Below are positions 38,506 to 48,727 of a stretch of 62,016 bases of DNA, piece by piece (within the stretch, counting starts at the first letter, position 1; each line of letters begins with the position of its first letter). A model generated the notes under the pieces. It saw only the letters and a program-made list of their open reading frames with translations. It did not search any database and was not told the DNA's origin. The position numbers and the translations under genes are program-made. The stretch is from a bacterium. Lineage in GTDB: Bacteria; CLD3; SB21. The DNA is taken from contig JABWCP010000018.1 in the NCBI GenBank assembly GCA_013360215.1, forward strand, positions 1 to 62,016, read 5' to 3'.

Positions 38506-38841
38506 TTATTCTTCGTCTTCATCGATGATCGGCATTTTTTTAACGGACTTCTTTTTCTTGTCTTTGATCTTATCATTAAACTTTTTGATCTGCGACTCGA
38601 GTTTGTCCATAGCCAAATCGGTAGCTTTGGTCACATCGGCATCTTTGGCTTTGACGTTGATCACTTTGCCGAAAACTTTCACGTTGACTTCGACGACCTC
38701 TTTGAGCTTTTCTTTGTCCACGATGACTTCGCAGTCAATGATATGATCATGATACCGATCCAGCTTCTCCAGTTTTTCTTCGATGTAGGCTTTCACTTTA
38801 GGGCTCATTTTCTGGTGCCGTGCCGTGATACGGATTTTCAT
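38506..38841 (-). CDS. hpf: Ribosome hibernation promoting factor (RaiA/HPF)
   Basis: MKIRITARH...YIEEKLEKL...A.D...DKLESQIKK; follows xerC. Confidence 0.88.
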   Translation of the reverse strand: MKIRITARHQKMSPKVKAYIEEKLEKLDRYHDHIIDCEVIVDKEKLKEVVEVNVKVFGKVINVKAKDADVTKATDLAMDKLESQIKKFNDKIKDKKKKSVKKMPIIDEDEE

Positions 38842-38934
38842 AACAGACTCCTTCAAATTAGATAATTAACCGACGGGAAACAGAAGCCCGGGCACAATCG
38901 AAGATCATGCCCGTTATAACAAAACATTTTCATT

Positions 38935-39831
38935 TCATTTTGCGCGCGGATGTGCTTTTTCATAGACTTTTTTCAAACGATCAACCGTAACGTGCGTATA
39001 TACCTGTGTGGTTGAGAGATTTTCGTGACCCAGCAAATCTTTCACGGCACGCAGATCCGCGCCATTGTCCAGTAAATGCGTAGCAAACGAATGCCGCAAA
39101 ATATGCGGACTCAGTTTTTTGGCATCGGATACTTTTTCGAGTGCGCGCTTGACCAAACGCTGAACGGCAAGCGGGGTAATCCGTTTACCGTTTTTTCCGA
39201 GAAATACGGCGTTTTTATCGGCGGACGAAACGGACCGTCGGTAATCAATGTAACCTTGCAACGCCGCTCCGGCATGTTTTCCCATAGGAATAATTCGCTG
39301 TTTGGCGCCCTTACCGAAAACCGAAAGCGTACCACCGGTAAAATTGATATCGGAAAAATTGAGACCCGTCAATTCGCTAAGACGGATACCGCAGCCATAA
39401 AACAATTCGAGGATTGCGCGATCGCGTAAGCCTTCCGGGGTACCGGCATCGACATAATCAAATACATCACGCACCTGTTCCTGACCAAGGAATGCCGGCA
39501 TTTTTCTTTCAAATTTGGGTGTAGCAATGAGTTTGGCCGGATTGGCCGTAATGATTTGCTGTTTGGTCAGATATTTAAAAAAGGATTTTACGGCGGATAA
39601 TTTGCGTGCGATACTTTTTTTCTGCAACCGATCACGGCTGAGTTGACCAAGATAAGCACGAATTTCGTTTTTGGAAATATCGGATGCATCAAACGATGAA
39701 CTGTCGAAACGCGTCTCGACAAACGAAATAAATGCTGCGACATCCGTATGGTATGCGCCCACCGTTTTATCGGAAAAATTACGTTCGGCGTCGAGATATT
39801 TGAGGAAATCGTGTAGGTGTTGTCTGATCAT
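38935..39831 (-). CDS. xerC: Tyrosine recombinase XerC
   Basis: RDRAILELFY..GIRLSEL, GKGAKQR, HILRHSFATH, LGHENLSTTQVYTHV; xerC-hpf gene order. Confidence 0.88.
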   Translation of the reverse strand: MIRQHLHDFLKYLDAERNFSDKTVGAYHTDVAAFISFVETRFDSSSFDASDISKNEIRAYLGQLSRDRLQKKSIARKLSAVKSFFKYLTKQQIITANPAKLIATPKFERKMPAFLGQEQVRDVFDYVDAGTPEGLRDRAILELFYGCGIRLSELTGLNFSDINFTGGTLSVFGKGAKQRIIPMGKHAGAALQGYIDYRRSVSSADKNAVFLGKNGKRITPLAVQRLVKRALEKVSDAKKLSPHILRHSFATHLLDNGADLRAVKDLLGHENLSTTQVYTHVTVDRLKKVYEKAHPRAK

Positions 39832-40026
39832 TAAAAATCAATCAATTCGATTGATCGGCCGGTATATTATGTGCACCGATAAAAGTTAAGCAACAAAACG
39901 AGAGCTGTCAAGGACGGAACGGTGTTTTTTGATAAAATATTCAATTTTTTTTCAAAGTTTCGTTCATCGGCAAAGGATCATCGTAATTTAAGAACCTCTT
40001 AACTGTTTCTAATTTAACGATATAAG

Positions 40027-41196
40027 CTACCGCCCCATCGCCGTACGGATATCTTTCATACTGTCGCCGCCGTACTTTTCCAGCAAGGGATTGATCAAAG
40101 CCAAGGCCAACATGGATTCCGCCACGACACTGCATGCGGGCACCGATACCGTATCGGTGCGTTCTTTATGCGCACTGGCGGCTTCATGCGTACGGATATC
40201 AACCGACATCAACGGCCGCGCCAATGTCGGTATCGGTTTCATCGCACAGCGCACGATGATCCGTTCACCGGTCGTCATTCCGCCTTCCAATCCTCCGCTG
40301 CGATTGGTTTTACGGTAATACCCCCGAACATCATCATAAAAAATCGCATCGTGCACTTCCGAACCCCATTGCAAGGCGTTATCAAATGCGCTTCCGATTT
40401 CCACGCCTTTAACCGCCGGTATCGAAGCCATATGCTGCGCAATCACACCGTCCAATTTTTTATCCCAATGCGTATAACTGCCGATTCCCGCAGGCAAACC
40501 ATCCGCATACACTTCAAAAATTCCGCCGAGTGAGTCGCCTTGTTTTTGCGCTTCTTTGATGACGGCGATCATACGTTGTTCGGCTTCCGCATCCAAAACA
40601 CGTACGGAGGATTGATCGGCTTTTTCATTGATCGCCTCCGCCGTCATCGCATCCACACGAAGCTTCTCCGATTCAGCCGCGGTCAGAGATGCGCGCCCGA
40701 TATGCGTCACGTGCGACGCAATACGAATACCGCACGATAATAAAACTTCACGCGCCACGGTCCCCAGCGCCACGCGCATCGCCGTTTCACGGGCACTGGA
40801 TCGTTCGATCACAGGGCGTATATCATCAAAATCAAATTTTAGTGCCCCGGCCAAATCGGCATGCCCCGGTCTAGGAAGAGTTACCGGCTTGATGGTTTTC
40901 AAAATCTCCGGCGATGGGGTTCCCGTCATCATTTTGTCTGTCCAATTTTCCCAGTCGTTATTGCGAATGCGCAATCCTATCGGTGCACCGATGGTTTCAC
41001 CGAAACGAACGCCGGAAATAATTTCCGCCTGATCGGTCTCGATTTTCATTCGACCGCCGCGTCCATAACCCTGTTGGCGGCGCCAAAGTTGATGATTGAT
41101 GGCATCAACCGACAATTTCAGATGCGCGGGCACACCCTCTATAATGCCTACCAATCCCGAACCATGCGATTCGCCTGACGTCAACCAACGTATCAT
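40027..41196 (-). CDS. aroC: Chorismate synthase
   Basis: TSGESHG, RRQQGYGRGGRM, PRPGHAD, ERSSARETA, MKPIPTL. Confidence 0.97.
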   Translation of the reverse strand: MIRWLTSGESHGSGLVGIIEGVPAHLKLSVDAINHQLWRRQQGYGRGGRMKIETDQAEIISGVRFGETIGAPIGLRIRNNDWENWTDKMMTGTPSPEILKTIKPVTLPRPGHADLAGALKFDFDDIRPVIERSSARETAMRVALGTVAREVLLSCGIRIASHVTHIGRASLTAAESEKLRVDAMTAEAINEKADQSSVRVLDAEAEQRMIAVIKEAQKQGDSLGGIFEVYADGLPAGIGSYTHWDKKLDGVIAQHMASIPAVKGVEIGSAFDNALQWGSEVHDAIFYDDVRGYYRKTNRSGGLEGGMTTGERIIVRCAMKPIPTLARPLMSVDIRTHEAASAHKERTDTVSVPACSVVAESMLALALINPLLEKYGGDSMKDIRTAMGR

Positions 41197-41241
41197 ATAA
41201 GGATTCCCTAAAAAATTAAACTCGCAAACATGTGTTATGAA

Positions 41242-41270
41242 TTGCAATTATAGGCCAAAAAAGGTATAAT
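41242..41270 (+). promoter_or_regulatory. Putative sigma70-type promoter
   Basis: TTGCAA-N17-TATAAT. Confidence 0.6.
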
Positions 41271-41295
41271 TAAAACAGCTAAAAAACGAATTCTT

Positions 41296-44200
41296 ATGAG
41301 GAAAATACAGTCTATGAAGAGGATTATTGCATTAGTTTTATCGCTGTGTGCTGCGGTATCGGCCTCCGCCCAGTGGCCGCGTTTATCGGTTAAAACAGCT
41401 GTCACCGCTATTGCCGTGGAAGATACGGTAACCTGGATCGGCACCAACGATGGTATTCGCGGCGTCGTTAACGGAACAGAGAAATTTTATTTTGACAAAG
41501 GCAACGGTCTGACGTCCAATATCATCCGCGCTATCACGATCGACAACCAAAACCGAAAATGGATCGCGACGGAAGAAGGCCTTAACGTACTTGACGGAAA
41601 GAAAGTCAAACAATACCTCAAGAGTCCGGAAACTTTGCCGACCAACGAAATCAACAGTGTCCACGCCGATGAAGAAGGCAATGTGTGGATCGGTACGGAA
41701 AAAGGATTGGTACGTATCAGCGGCAACAGTTGGACGCTTTTAGATCGTAAAACGACCTTGGACGGCCTTCCATCAAACACCATTCGCGGGATCAGTTCGG
41801 TTTGGAATGGCCCGGTTTGGATCGCAACAGATGACGGCTTGGTTTCATACCACAACAAAAAATGGGCGCTCTATACACGCAAACTAAATAACCTTCCGTC
41901 CGATGACGTATTTGACGTGGTCGCGGATCCCTCCACCGGCAACGTATGGATCGGAACTTCGCGCGGCGTCGCTTTATTTGACGGAAAATTGATGACGCAA
42001 TTTCTTTCCGATATACCGGTGCGCGCCCTGACTTTGGATAAGATCGGACGCTGCTGGGTCGCCACCAAAAACGAAGGCGTGCATCTGATCGACGGTGCGC
42101 GTGTCGTGAAGTACTCGACTAAAGAAGGAATGCTCGTATCCGACGAAGGATATGCTGTCACGTGCGACGCGTTCAATACGATATGGGCAGGTCATCAGCT
42201 CGGTGTTCAAATTTTTTTAGATGAATCCATAGGGAATCGCATCGCTCCTTATTTTCTTACCGAGGCGCAAAAAGCATTTTGGTCCAACGACAATACGCGT
42301 GCCCGTTTATACTACAACCATATTGTCAACCGGTCGTACTTATCCGCAACACCGGAAGCCGCGACCGCAATGATCGGGTTGGGTGAACTCTACGAACGCG
42401 AAGCTATGACCGAACGCGCTGCCGATACCTACCTTCGTTTTACGGAGCGCTTTCCGAACGATGCACGTACAAAAAATTTGCTTTTGAAATCGGCACAACT
42501 GCAGTCACAGATAAAAAAATATGCTGAATCCGCTGCTACGTATCAGAAATTTATCACACTCTACAAGGACGATGCGGACGCTTTTACCATAGCGTGGATG
42601 CGTTATAATCTCTTAGAACTCGCCGGTGATTCGGTGAATGCGCTTCAGACGCTGCAAAATCTTAACACACAATTCCCGTCCAATCCGCGTGCCGACGAAA
42701 TTCGCTGGCGGGTACTCTCTGCCGGAAATTCTGCCGGGACAGCATCTAAAGAACTTAGTGCCTTAGCTAATTCGACACGTGACTTTGAAGTACAATACCA
42801 GCTCGCGTCCCTTTATGATGCCCAGCACCGCAAAGATATACTCGAAGGCATGCAAGGCAGCATCACATGGCAAACGCTGTCATCACCTTCCGCCGTCACC
42901 TCCATACTCGAAGACGGCGACATTGCCTGGGCGTCTACATCCGGCAACGGTGTTGTCAAATGGGACATCAAACTCAACGCTCTTACCTCCTACAGCGACG
43001 GACTGAAAACACCGATGGTAAAATCGTTTTATATGGATGCAGATCGTGATCTGTGGGCCATGATCGAAGGCGTACCCGAGAGTAATTTGTATAACATGAA
43101 TTACAGCAAGAATCGCTACAAGTGGATTATACAACCCGCGCCCTTCGCGAAAAAGACAGTAAATCAGGTACTCTATCGTGCTAAAACTAAAACTACGATT
43201 TGCGCTACCGATCAGGGATTGCAGATCGTCGGTAAAGGCGGTCGCCTTGTAACAGCCAAAAACGGTTTGCCGTCCGATAAAGTAAAATTTATCGCCGACG
43301 ACAGTCAGGGTATTTTGTGGCTGATCTCCGACAACAAGTTGGTACAGTTTGACAAAGAACCCAAAATGATCTTATACACCGGCGAAACCAATTTTACAGA
43401 GGTGCGCGGCTTTTTTATTGATGCCAAGGACAATAAATGGCTGGCGACCGATCGCGGTTTAGTACGCTATGACGGCACATGGAAATCGTACACACAAAAA
43501 GACGGACTTATCAGTGACAATGTCACTTGCGCGGCCGTTTCGCCGTCCGGTAAAATTTTGACCGGCACGTCATCCGGTGTCAGTTACTTCAATGGTACGT
43601 ATTGGATCAGTTATACCACGGAAACCGGATTACCATCCAATGATGTCAAAGCCGTACTTTTTACCAAAGATGAGACCGTGTGGGTAGGAACCGATAAAGG
43701 CATACATATTCGCAAGGCCGAAGGTGACGGCGATCGTGTATTACTGATTCGCAAGGTACTTGCCGAAGAAGATTCGCTTTTGAATATACGCGCATATGAC
43801 AAACTCCGTACCGTCTATGCATCGGTAAATATCTTCGGCGATCTGACGGAATGGGTAGCCTACAAAACGGCTAATACATATGAAATGGAAAAACGCTGGG
43901 ATGATGCATTCCAATTGTACACAAAAATCCGTACCGATAATCCGGTCACGACCTTGGCGACGGATGCGCGTATGTACCGTGTCGCCCGTGCCTTTGAAAA
44001 TGCGGGCGAATCAGCCAAAGCTATGCCGATTTATTTTGACCTTGCCGAACGGTATAAAACATATACGGACGGCAACTATCGCGTCGAAGAAGCGCTGGTT
44101 CGCATTATCCGCAACTACCAAAAAGAAAACAACATTCAACGCGCGTTGGAACAGGCCCGGCAAATAATGGCCATGTACCCCCGTTCACCGTGGCTTCGTG

Positions 44201-44472
44201 AAGTGCGATTCATATTCACGCAGATCACTGAAAATGCTCCTCCCAAAGAAACGTCCACGATGGCGCTTCTGCAGGAATGGCTTAACCGCTTTCCGGATCA
44301 CAGCGACGTTCTGCGGTTGAAGTACAAATTGGCTTCGATGTATTGGGAAGAGCAGCAGTTTGAATACGCCGAAAAATTATATGCGGAAATCAATTCAGCG
44401 GCCGGCACACCCAAGGGACTTCAATCTTTATTAGAGCGCCGTATGGCCAAACGTCAGCTGACCAAAAAATAA
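41296..44472 (+). CDS. Secreted protein with two beta-propeller blocks alternating with TPR-like regions (start may be ATG 41314)
   Basis: Signal peptide; W.GT..G and GLPS..V repeats; helical repeats ending in FP motifs. Confidence 0.75.
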   Translation: MRKIQSMKRIIALVLSLCAAVSASAQWPRLSVKTAVTAIAVEDTVTWIGTNDGIRGVVNGTEKFYFDKGNGLTSNIIRAITIDNQNRKWIATEEGLNVLDGKKVKQYLKSPETLPTNEINSVHADEEGNVWIGTEKGLVRISGNSWTLLDRKTTLDGLPSNTIRGISSVWNGPVWIATDDGLVSYHNKKWALYTRKLNNLPSDDVFDVVADPSTGNVWIGTSRGVALFDGKLMTQFLSDIPVRALTLDKIGRCWVATKNEGVHLIDGARVVKYSTKEGMLVSDEGYAVTCDAFNTIWAGHQLGVQIFLDESIGNRIAPYFLTEAQKAFWSNDNTRARLYYNHIVNRSYLSATPEAATAMIGLGELYEREAMTERAADTYLRFTERFPNDARTKNLLLKSAQLQSQIKKYAESAATYQKFITLYKDDADAFTIAWMRYNLLELAGDSVNALQTLQNLNTQFPSNPRADEIRWRVLSAGNSAGTASKELSALANSTRDFEVQYQLASLYDAQHRKDILEGMQGSITWQTLSSPSAVTSILEDGDIAWASTSGNGVVKWDIKLNALTSYSDGLKTPMVKSFYMDADRDLWAMIEGVPESNLYNMNYSKNRYKWIIQPAPFAKKTVNQVLYRAKTKTTICATDQGLQIVGKGGRLVTAKNGLPSDKVKFIADDSQGILWLISDNKLVQFDKEPKMILYTGETNFTEVRGFFIDAKDNKWLATDRGLVRYDGTWKSYTQKDGLISDNVTCAAVSPSGKILTGTSSGVSYFNGTYWISYTTETGLPSNDVKAVLFTKDETVWVGTDKGIHIRKAEGDGDRVLLIRKVLAEEDSLLNIRAYDKLRTVYASVNIFGDLTEWVAYKTANTYEMEKRWDDAFQLYTKIRTDNPVTTLATDARMYRVARAFENAGESAKAMPIYFDLAERYKTYTDGNYRVEEALVRIIRNYQKENNIQRALEQARQIMAMYPRSPWLREVRFIFTQITENAPPKETSTMALLQEWLNRFPDHSDVLRLKYKLASMYWEEQQFEYAEKLYAEINSAAGTPKGLQSLLERRMAKRQLTKK

Positions 44473-44492
44473 AACGACGGATCACGATAAAA

Positions 44493-44531
44493 CAAAAAAA
44501 CCTGCTTACGATAAGCAGGTTTTTTTATTGG
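44493..44531. terminator. Bidirectional terminator; left copy of a 39-bp direct repeat
   Basis: CAAAAAAACCTGCTTACGATAAGCAGGTTTTTTTATTGG, identical to 47057-47095. Confidence 0.9.
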
Positions 44532-44775
44532 TGGGAAGTCGCAAAATCACGATTACACAACTTTTTTCAAAATATTCGATTTTAGTGAACAGACAAATGT
44601 CGTGTCATATATATTCCTCGCTGTGACTGTTATAAAATTACGATTGAACTATGCACTCTGAATCAATGGAAAAATGATGCTTCGGCATCCAATACATGCA
44701 TTAAAATTTCTGTGGAACAACGAAGTCGGTTTAACTATCTTGGCAAGCGTCCGCTATACTCTATAAAGGAAACCG

Positions 44776-46128
44776 ATGCCATCGAATCAGTTTGCGTATA
44801 ACTCGTTTGTTGAGTTGGATAACCAAATAAACGGTAAGCGAAGCCCGTTTAGCCCACTCAATAACAAGCTCAACTTTGATGATAAGCGATTTCATGATTG
44901 GTATCGATTTGTATTGTCTTATCCCGCGCATCTGGTAAGAACCTATCTCCAAGAGTTTTGTAGCAGCCAAAACGATATTGTACTTGATCCTTTTTGCGGT
45001 ACCGGAACGACTCTGGTAGAAGCAAAACTAAATGGAGTTAACTCTGTAGGCATAGAAGCTAATCCGTTCGCTCATTTTGCATCGACCACTAAAATCAATT
45101 GGGAAATATCTGCTGATCAATTTTTAAAATGCGCACTTGAAATAGCTGATCTTGTCAGATCAGAATTTGAAAAAAGTGGAATTGATGATGATGACACTAA
45201 TATGCCAGAACATACATTTCCTCTAAGAACACTTGATTCCGAATTAGAAAAAATCATTTTAACAAATTCTATAAGCCCAATTCCACTACACAAAACGTTA
45301 GTGTTGTTAGAAAACATTAAGAATCATGCCCAAAAACAATATTATCCTCACTTACTTTTAGGGCTAGCCAAGGCTACAGTGTTTAAAACAAGTAACTTAA
45401 AATTTGGCCCGGAAGTCGGTCTTGGAAAAATAAAGGATAATGTATCTGTCATTGCACCATGGCTATTTGAAATAAATGCAATTGCGAATGACCTCCGAAC
45501 AATCCAAATCGGCACGCATAAAGAATCCATTGCGCATTTGGGAGATTCCCGCCAGGCGAGTGCATTGATTAAACCTCAATCGATCACTGCGGTTATCACC
45601 TCACCGCCATATCCAAACGAAAAAGATTACACTCGAACCACTCGTTTAGAATCCGTTTTGTTGGGCTTCATACGAAGCAAAGAAGAATTGCGTCAATTTA
45701 AAAAGACTTTGATTAGATCGAATACCAGAGGCGTTTACAAAGACGATGACGATCACCAATGGATTGCCAATCACCCCGAAATTAAGCGTATTGCTGATCA
45801 AATTGAGGCGCGTCGAATTGAGCTTAATAAGACATCTGGATTTGAGCGTTTATACAGTAGAGTGACGTTATTATATTTTGGAGGAATGGCAAAACATCTA
45901 AAAGAATTACAACCGGTATTAAAACCCGGCGCTCGATTAGCTTATGTTGTTGGAGATCAAGCCTCTTATTTGAGGATAATGATCCGAACCGGTGAAATTC
46001 TTGCTGATATTGCAAAAAAGTTAGGTTACAGAGTTGATCGAATTGATTTGTTTAGAACAAGGTTTGCTACTGCAACGGGCGAACAATTACGCGAAGAGGT
46101 AGTTGTTTTGACATGGCCGGGAAATTAA
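44776..46128 (+). CDS. Site-specific DNA methyltransferase (probably N4-cytosine, alpha motif order)
   Basis: HDWYRF, motif I VLDPFCGTGTT located before motif IV TSPPY. Confidence 0.88.
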   Translation: MPSNQFAYNSFVELDNQINGKRSPFSPLNNKLNFDDKRFHDWYRFVLSYPAHLVRTYLQEFCSSQNDIVLDPFCGTGTTLVEAKLNGVNSVGIEANPFAHFASTTKINWEISADQFLKCALEIADLVRSEFEKSGIDDDDTNMPEHTFPLRTLDSELEKIILTNSISPIPLHKTLVLLENIKNHAQKQYYPHLLLGLAKATVFKTSNLKFGPEVGLGKIKDNVSVIAPWLFEINAIANDLRTIQIGTHKESIAHLGDSRQASALIKPQSITAVITSPPYPNEKDYTRTTRLESVLLGFIRSKEELRQFKKTLIRSNTRGVYKDDDDHQWIANHPEIKRIADQIEARRIELNKTSGFERLYSRVTLLYFGGMAKHLKELQPVLKPGARLAYVVGDQASYLRIMIRTGEILADIAKKLGYRVDRIDLFRTRFATATGEQLREEVVVLTWPGN

Positions 46129-46130
46129 TC

Positions 46131-46925
46131 ATGAAATCAGACAACCGATATAAACAAATCATCGAAAAAATATTCTTTAACCATTATAAAAATGGGATGA
46201 AAGAAGTACCATTTGAAAGAGATGAAATTGAACGTGTTGCAAAAAATCTAAAGATCAAACTACCTAAGAACATTGGCGATATTATTTACACTTTTCGGTA
46301 TCGAGTGGCACTGCCTAATTCGATTGTTTCCAAGGCACCTAAAGGGATGGAATGGATAATCAGACCTGCCGGTCAGTCTAAGTACAAATTTGTAACTACA
46401 AAATTTGCAAACATCCATCCTTCTGAGATACTAAGTCAGACCAAAATCCCTAATGCCACCCCCGGTATTATAGAGTCATATGCTTTCTCTGATGAGCAAG
46501 CACTGTTAGCAAAAATCAGATATAACCGACTAATCGACATTTTTACCGGAATAGCATGTTATTCATTACAAAGCCACTTACGATCAAATGTTTCGAACCT
46601 CGGCCAAATAGAAACAGATGAAATCTATGTTGGCATTGACAAGAAAGGGGTGCATTACATTATTCCAGTGCAAGCAAAAGGTTCTACTGATAAACTTGGA
46701 ATTGTGCAAATAGAACAAGATATCGCATTGTGTAAAAACAAATTCCCTAACTTAGTCGCCAAACCAATTGGTGCGCAATCCATTACTGACGATCTGATCG
46801 CGTTGTTCGAGTTTGAAATATCGGATAATGGAATTACAGTTGTTTCTGAAAAACACTATCGTTTGGTCAATCCTGAAAATCTATCGCCTCAAGAATTACT
46901 AAGTTACCGTAATCGAACCGAGTAG
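46131..46925 (+). CDS. Putative type II restriction endonuclease (PD-(D/E)xK-like)
   Basis: Starts 2 bp after the methyltransferase stop; ETDEIYVG...PVQAK resembles a D...(Q)xK active site. Confidence 0.65.
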   Translation: MKSDNRYKQIIEKIFFNHYKNGMKEVPFERDEIERVAKNLKIKLPKNIGDIIYTFRYRVALPNSIVSKAPKGMEWIIRPAGQSKYKFVTTKFANIHPSEILSQTKIPNATPGIIESYAFSDEQALLAKIRYNRLIDIFTGIACYSLQSHLRSNVSNLGQIETDEIYVGIDKKGVHYIIPVQAKGSTDKLGIVQIEQDIALCKNKFPNLVAKPIGAQSITDDLIALFEFEISDNGITVVSEKHYRLVNPENLSPQELLSYRNRTE

Positions 46926-47056
46926 ACTTGTACGGACAACTTTAATGCGCATAGGAATCGGCATAACACATAATATGTTGCCTATTTTTGAAGTAAAATA
47001 ATATCTGGAGCAAGAAGATTTGGTTCTTGAATCATAGCGGTCACATTTGATTAAAG

Positions 47057-47095
47057 CAAAAAAACCTGCTTACGATAAGCAGGTTTTTTTATTGG
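47057..47095. terminator. Terminator downstream of tRNA-Glu; right copy of the 39-bp direct repeat
   Basis: Hairpin with A and T tracts, 1 bp from the tRNA CCA end. Confidence 0.9.
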
Positions 47096-47096
47096 C

Positions 47097-47171
47097 TGGT
47101 GACCCCAAGGGGATTCGAACCCCTATTACCGCCGTGAAAGGGCGATGTCCTAACCATTAGACGATGGGGCC
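47097..47171 (-). tRNA. tRNA-Glu (anticodon UUC)
   Basis: Minus strand GGCCCCATCGTCTAATGGTTAGGACATCGCCCTTTCACGGCGGTAATAGGGGTTCGAATCCCCTTGGGGTCACCA; cloverleaf, GTTCGAA T-loop, encoded CCA. Confidence 0.97.
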
Positions 47172-47201
47172 ATATTTTCTAAGAACATCAAAAGTGCGCC
47201 T

Positions 47202-47230
47202 AATATAAGCGACGACCTTCGGTTGTGCAA
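47202..47230 (-). promoter_or_regulatory. tRNA promoter
   Basis: TTGCAC-N17-TATATT followed by a GC-rich discriminator (AGGCGCAC). Confidence 0.65.
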
Positions 47231-47247
47231 GTTTTTTTTTATTTATT

Positions 47248-48483
47248 TCACGGCTCTAAAAGTACAGCGACTTCCACATTCCCCGTCGCCGGAAACATAT
47301 CTACGGGTATCACATGTGCCGCGCGATACCCGCCTTGACGCCAGCGTTTTAATTCATACGGAAGACGTTCGATATCGCAAAATACATGCACGACGCGATC
47401 CGGTTTGGCCATAGCCAGCGTCTCGATAACGCCCGGTGCCGTTCCCGAACGCGGGGGATCCAATACCGCAATGAACGGCGTTTTCTGTTTTTTGAGCATG
47501 GGCTCCAGCGTAAGACCGGACAGGTCGCCGATATGAAACCGTGCGTTGGTGATTTTCATTCGAAGCGCATTGGTACGCGCTGAATCCACCGAATGACGCG
47601 ACATTTCTACACCGATTACTTTTTCGACATTGGGCGCCAAACTCAGACCAAACAAACCATAGCCGCAGTATAAATCGTACAACGTATGATGCGGTTGCGG
47701 CGAAATCAGATCGTGTACCGTCGCGATAAAATCCGGAAGTACGGACGGATTGGTCTGAGAAAATCCCAAAACCGAATGCGTGAACTGTTGCTCCCCCACA
47801 TCTTGGACAACATCCCGTTCTCCAAATATTTTTTGCAACGCTGTCGGATCGCTCACGGCTTTGTCGGACATATAATATTTTGAATATTCATCCTTGATCA
47901 GAAGGAAACCGACAACCATCGGAAATTCACGCGACAGCGATTTGGATAACAACGTACAATCACGTTTGATCCGATTATCTTCATCGCGCACACTGAGGAG
48001 AACGGTGATCCGGCGATCATCACCTCGCAAAATGACATAATTCAACGCACGGGCGAACATATACGAAGCTTCGGAGGACAACCATTGCTGCACGTAGGCG
48101 TAAATGCCGCTATGCAAAAGCCGCTCAATACCGCATTGGCGCACATCCAAAGGTTTGATTTTTCCTTCGTCATCCATCCCGGTCAATCCCAGCAACACGC
48201 GATTATCCGTAACAAAAGCGCGGCGTTTAGAATTGGTACGGTACCGACGCGAAAGCGGAGAAGCGATGATAGACTCCGGTTTTCCGTCTAATCTGTGCAT
48301 GCGCCAAAATTCTCGGATCGCCTCGTTTTTGATTCGCAATTCGTCATTATAATTAGACTGAATGAGTGGACATATTGTACAAACCGATCCGCGGTACGTC
48401 GTACATTCATTTTTCGGTAAAGTCGCCGGCTTGGATTTAGATTGCCTACGTAGATTTAAAAGAATATCAGAAAATGTGGTCAT
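47248..48483 (-). CDS. Second TrmA/RlmD-family RNA m5U methyltransferase (no TRAM domain)
   Basis: Cys cluster, FSQTN, DLYCGYG, DPPRSG, HVFCD, DMFPATGNVE. Confidence 0.82.
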   Translation of the reverse strand: MTTFSDILLNLRRQSKSKPATLPKNECTTYRGSVCTICPLIQSNYNDELRIKNEAIREFWRMHRLDGKPESIIASPLSRRYRTNSKRRAFVTDNRVLLGLTGMDDEGKIKPLDVRQCGIERLLHSGIYAYVQQWLSSEASYMFARALNYVILRGDDRRITVLLSVRDEDNRIKRDCTLLSKSLSREFPMVVGFLLIKDEYSKYYMSDKAVSDPTALQKIFGERDVVQDVGEQQFTHSVLGFSQTNPSVLPDFIATVHDLISPQPHHTLYDLYCGYGLFGLSLAPNVEKVIGVEMSRHSVDSARTNALRMKITNARFHIGDLSGLTLEPMLKKQKTPFIAVLDPPRSGTAPGVIETLAMAKPDRVVHVFCDIERLPYELKRWRQGGYRAAHVIPVDMFPATGNVEVAVLLEP

Positions 48484-48727
48484 GGCTCCGGTGGTATATT
48501 ATTGGCCTAAGGCACGCGCAGCATGTACAAAATTCACATGCCGACAAACTATAGTCTTACTGATCTAATGTTATTGCGTCTCGCCCGTAATTAAAATTGC
48601 TTTTTTAGTCGATCAATCGAATCAAAATACAAACGTTCATTTTGCGAATAAACACGCAGTGCCACTGAGTGCATCACACCGATCAAAAAAAATAAGACTT
48701 GGCTAACGGCGTCATTTCGTACATTCA

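Larger units (their letters stand above)
44493..47095. mobile_element. Restriction-modification islet bounded by 39-bp direct repeats next to tRNA-Glu; no integrase
   Basis: Exact direct repeat, more AT-rich cargo, adjacent to the tRNA 3' end. Confidence 0.65.

Noticed and set aside
38935-39831. Tyrosine recombinase as the integrase of the RM islet or a prophage
   Set aside because: Typical chromosomal XerC in an aroC-xerC-hpf context, outside the direct repeats; no phage genes in the window.
39941-40135. 64-aa ORF overlapping the end of aroC
   Set aside because: More than half overlaps aroC out of frame and it has no recognisable features.
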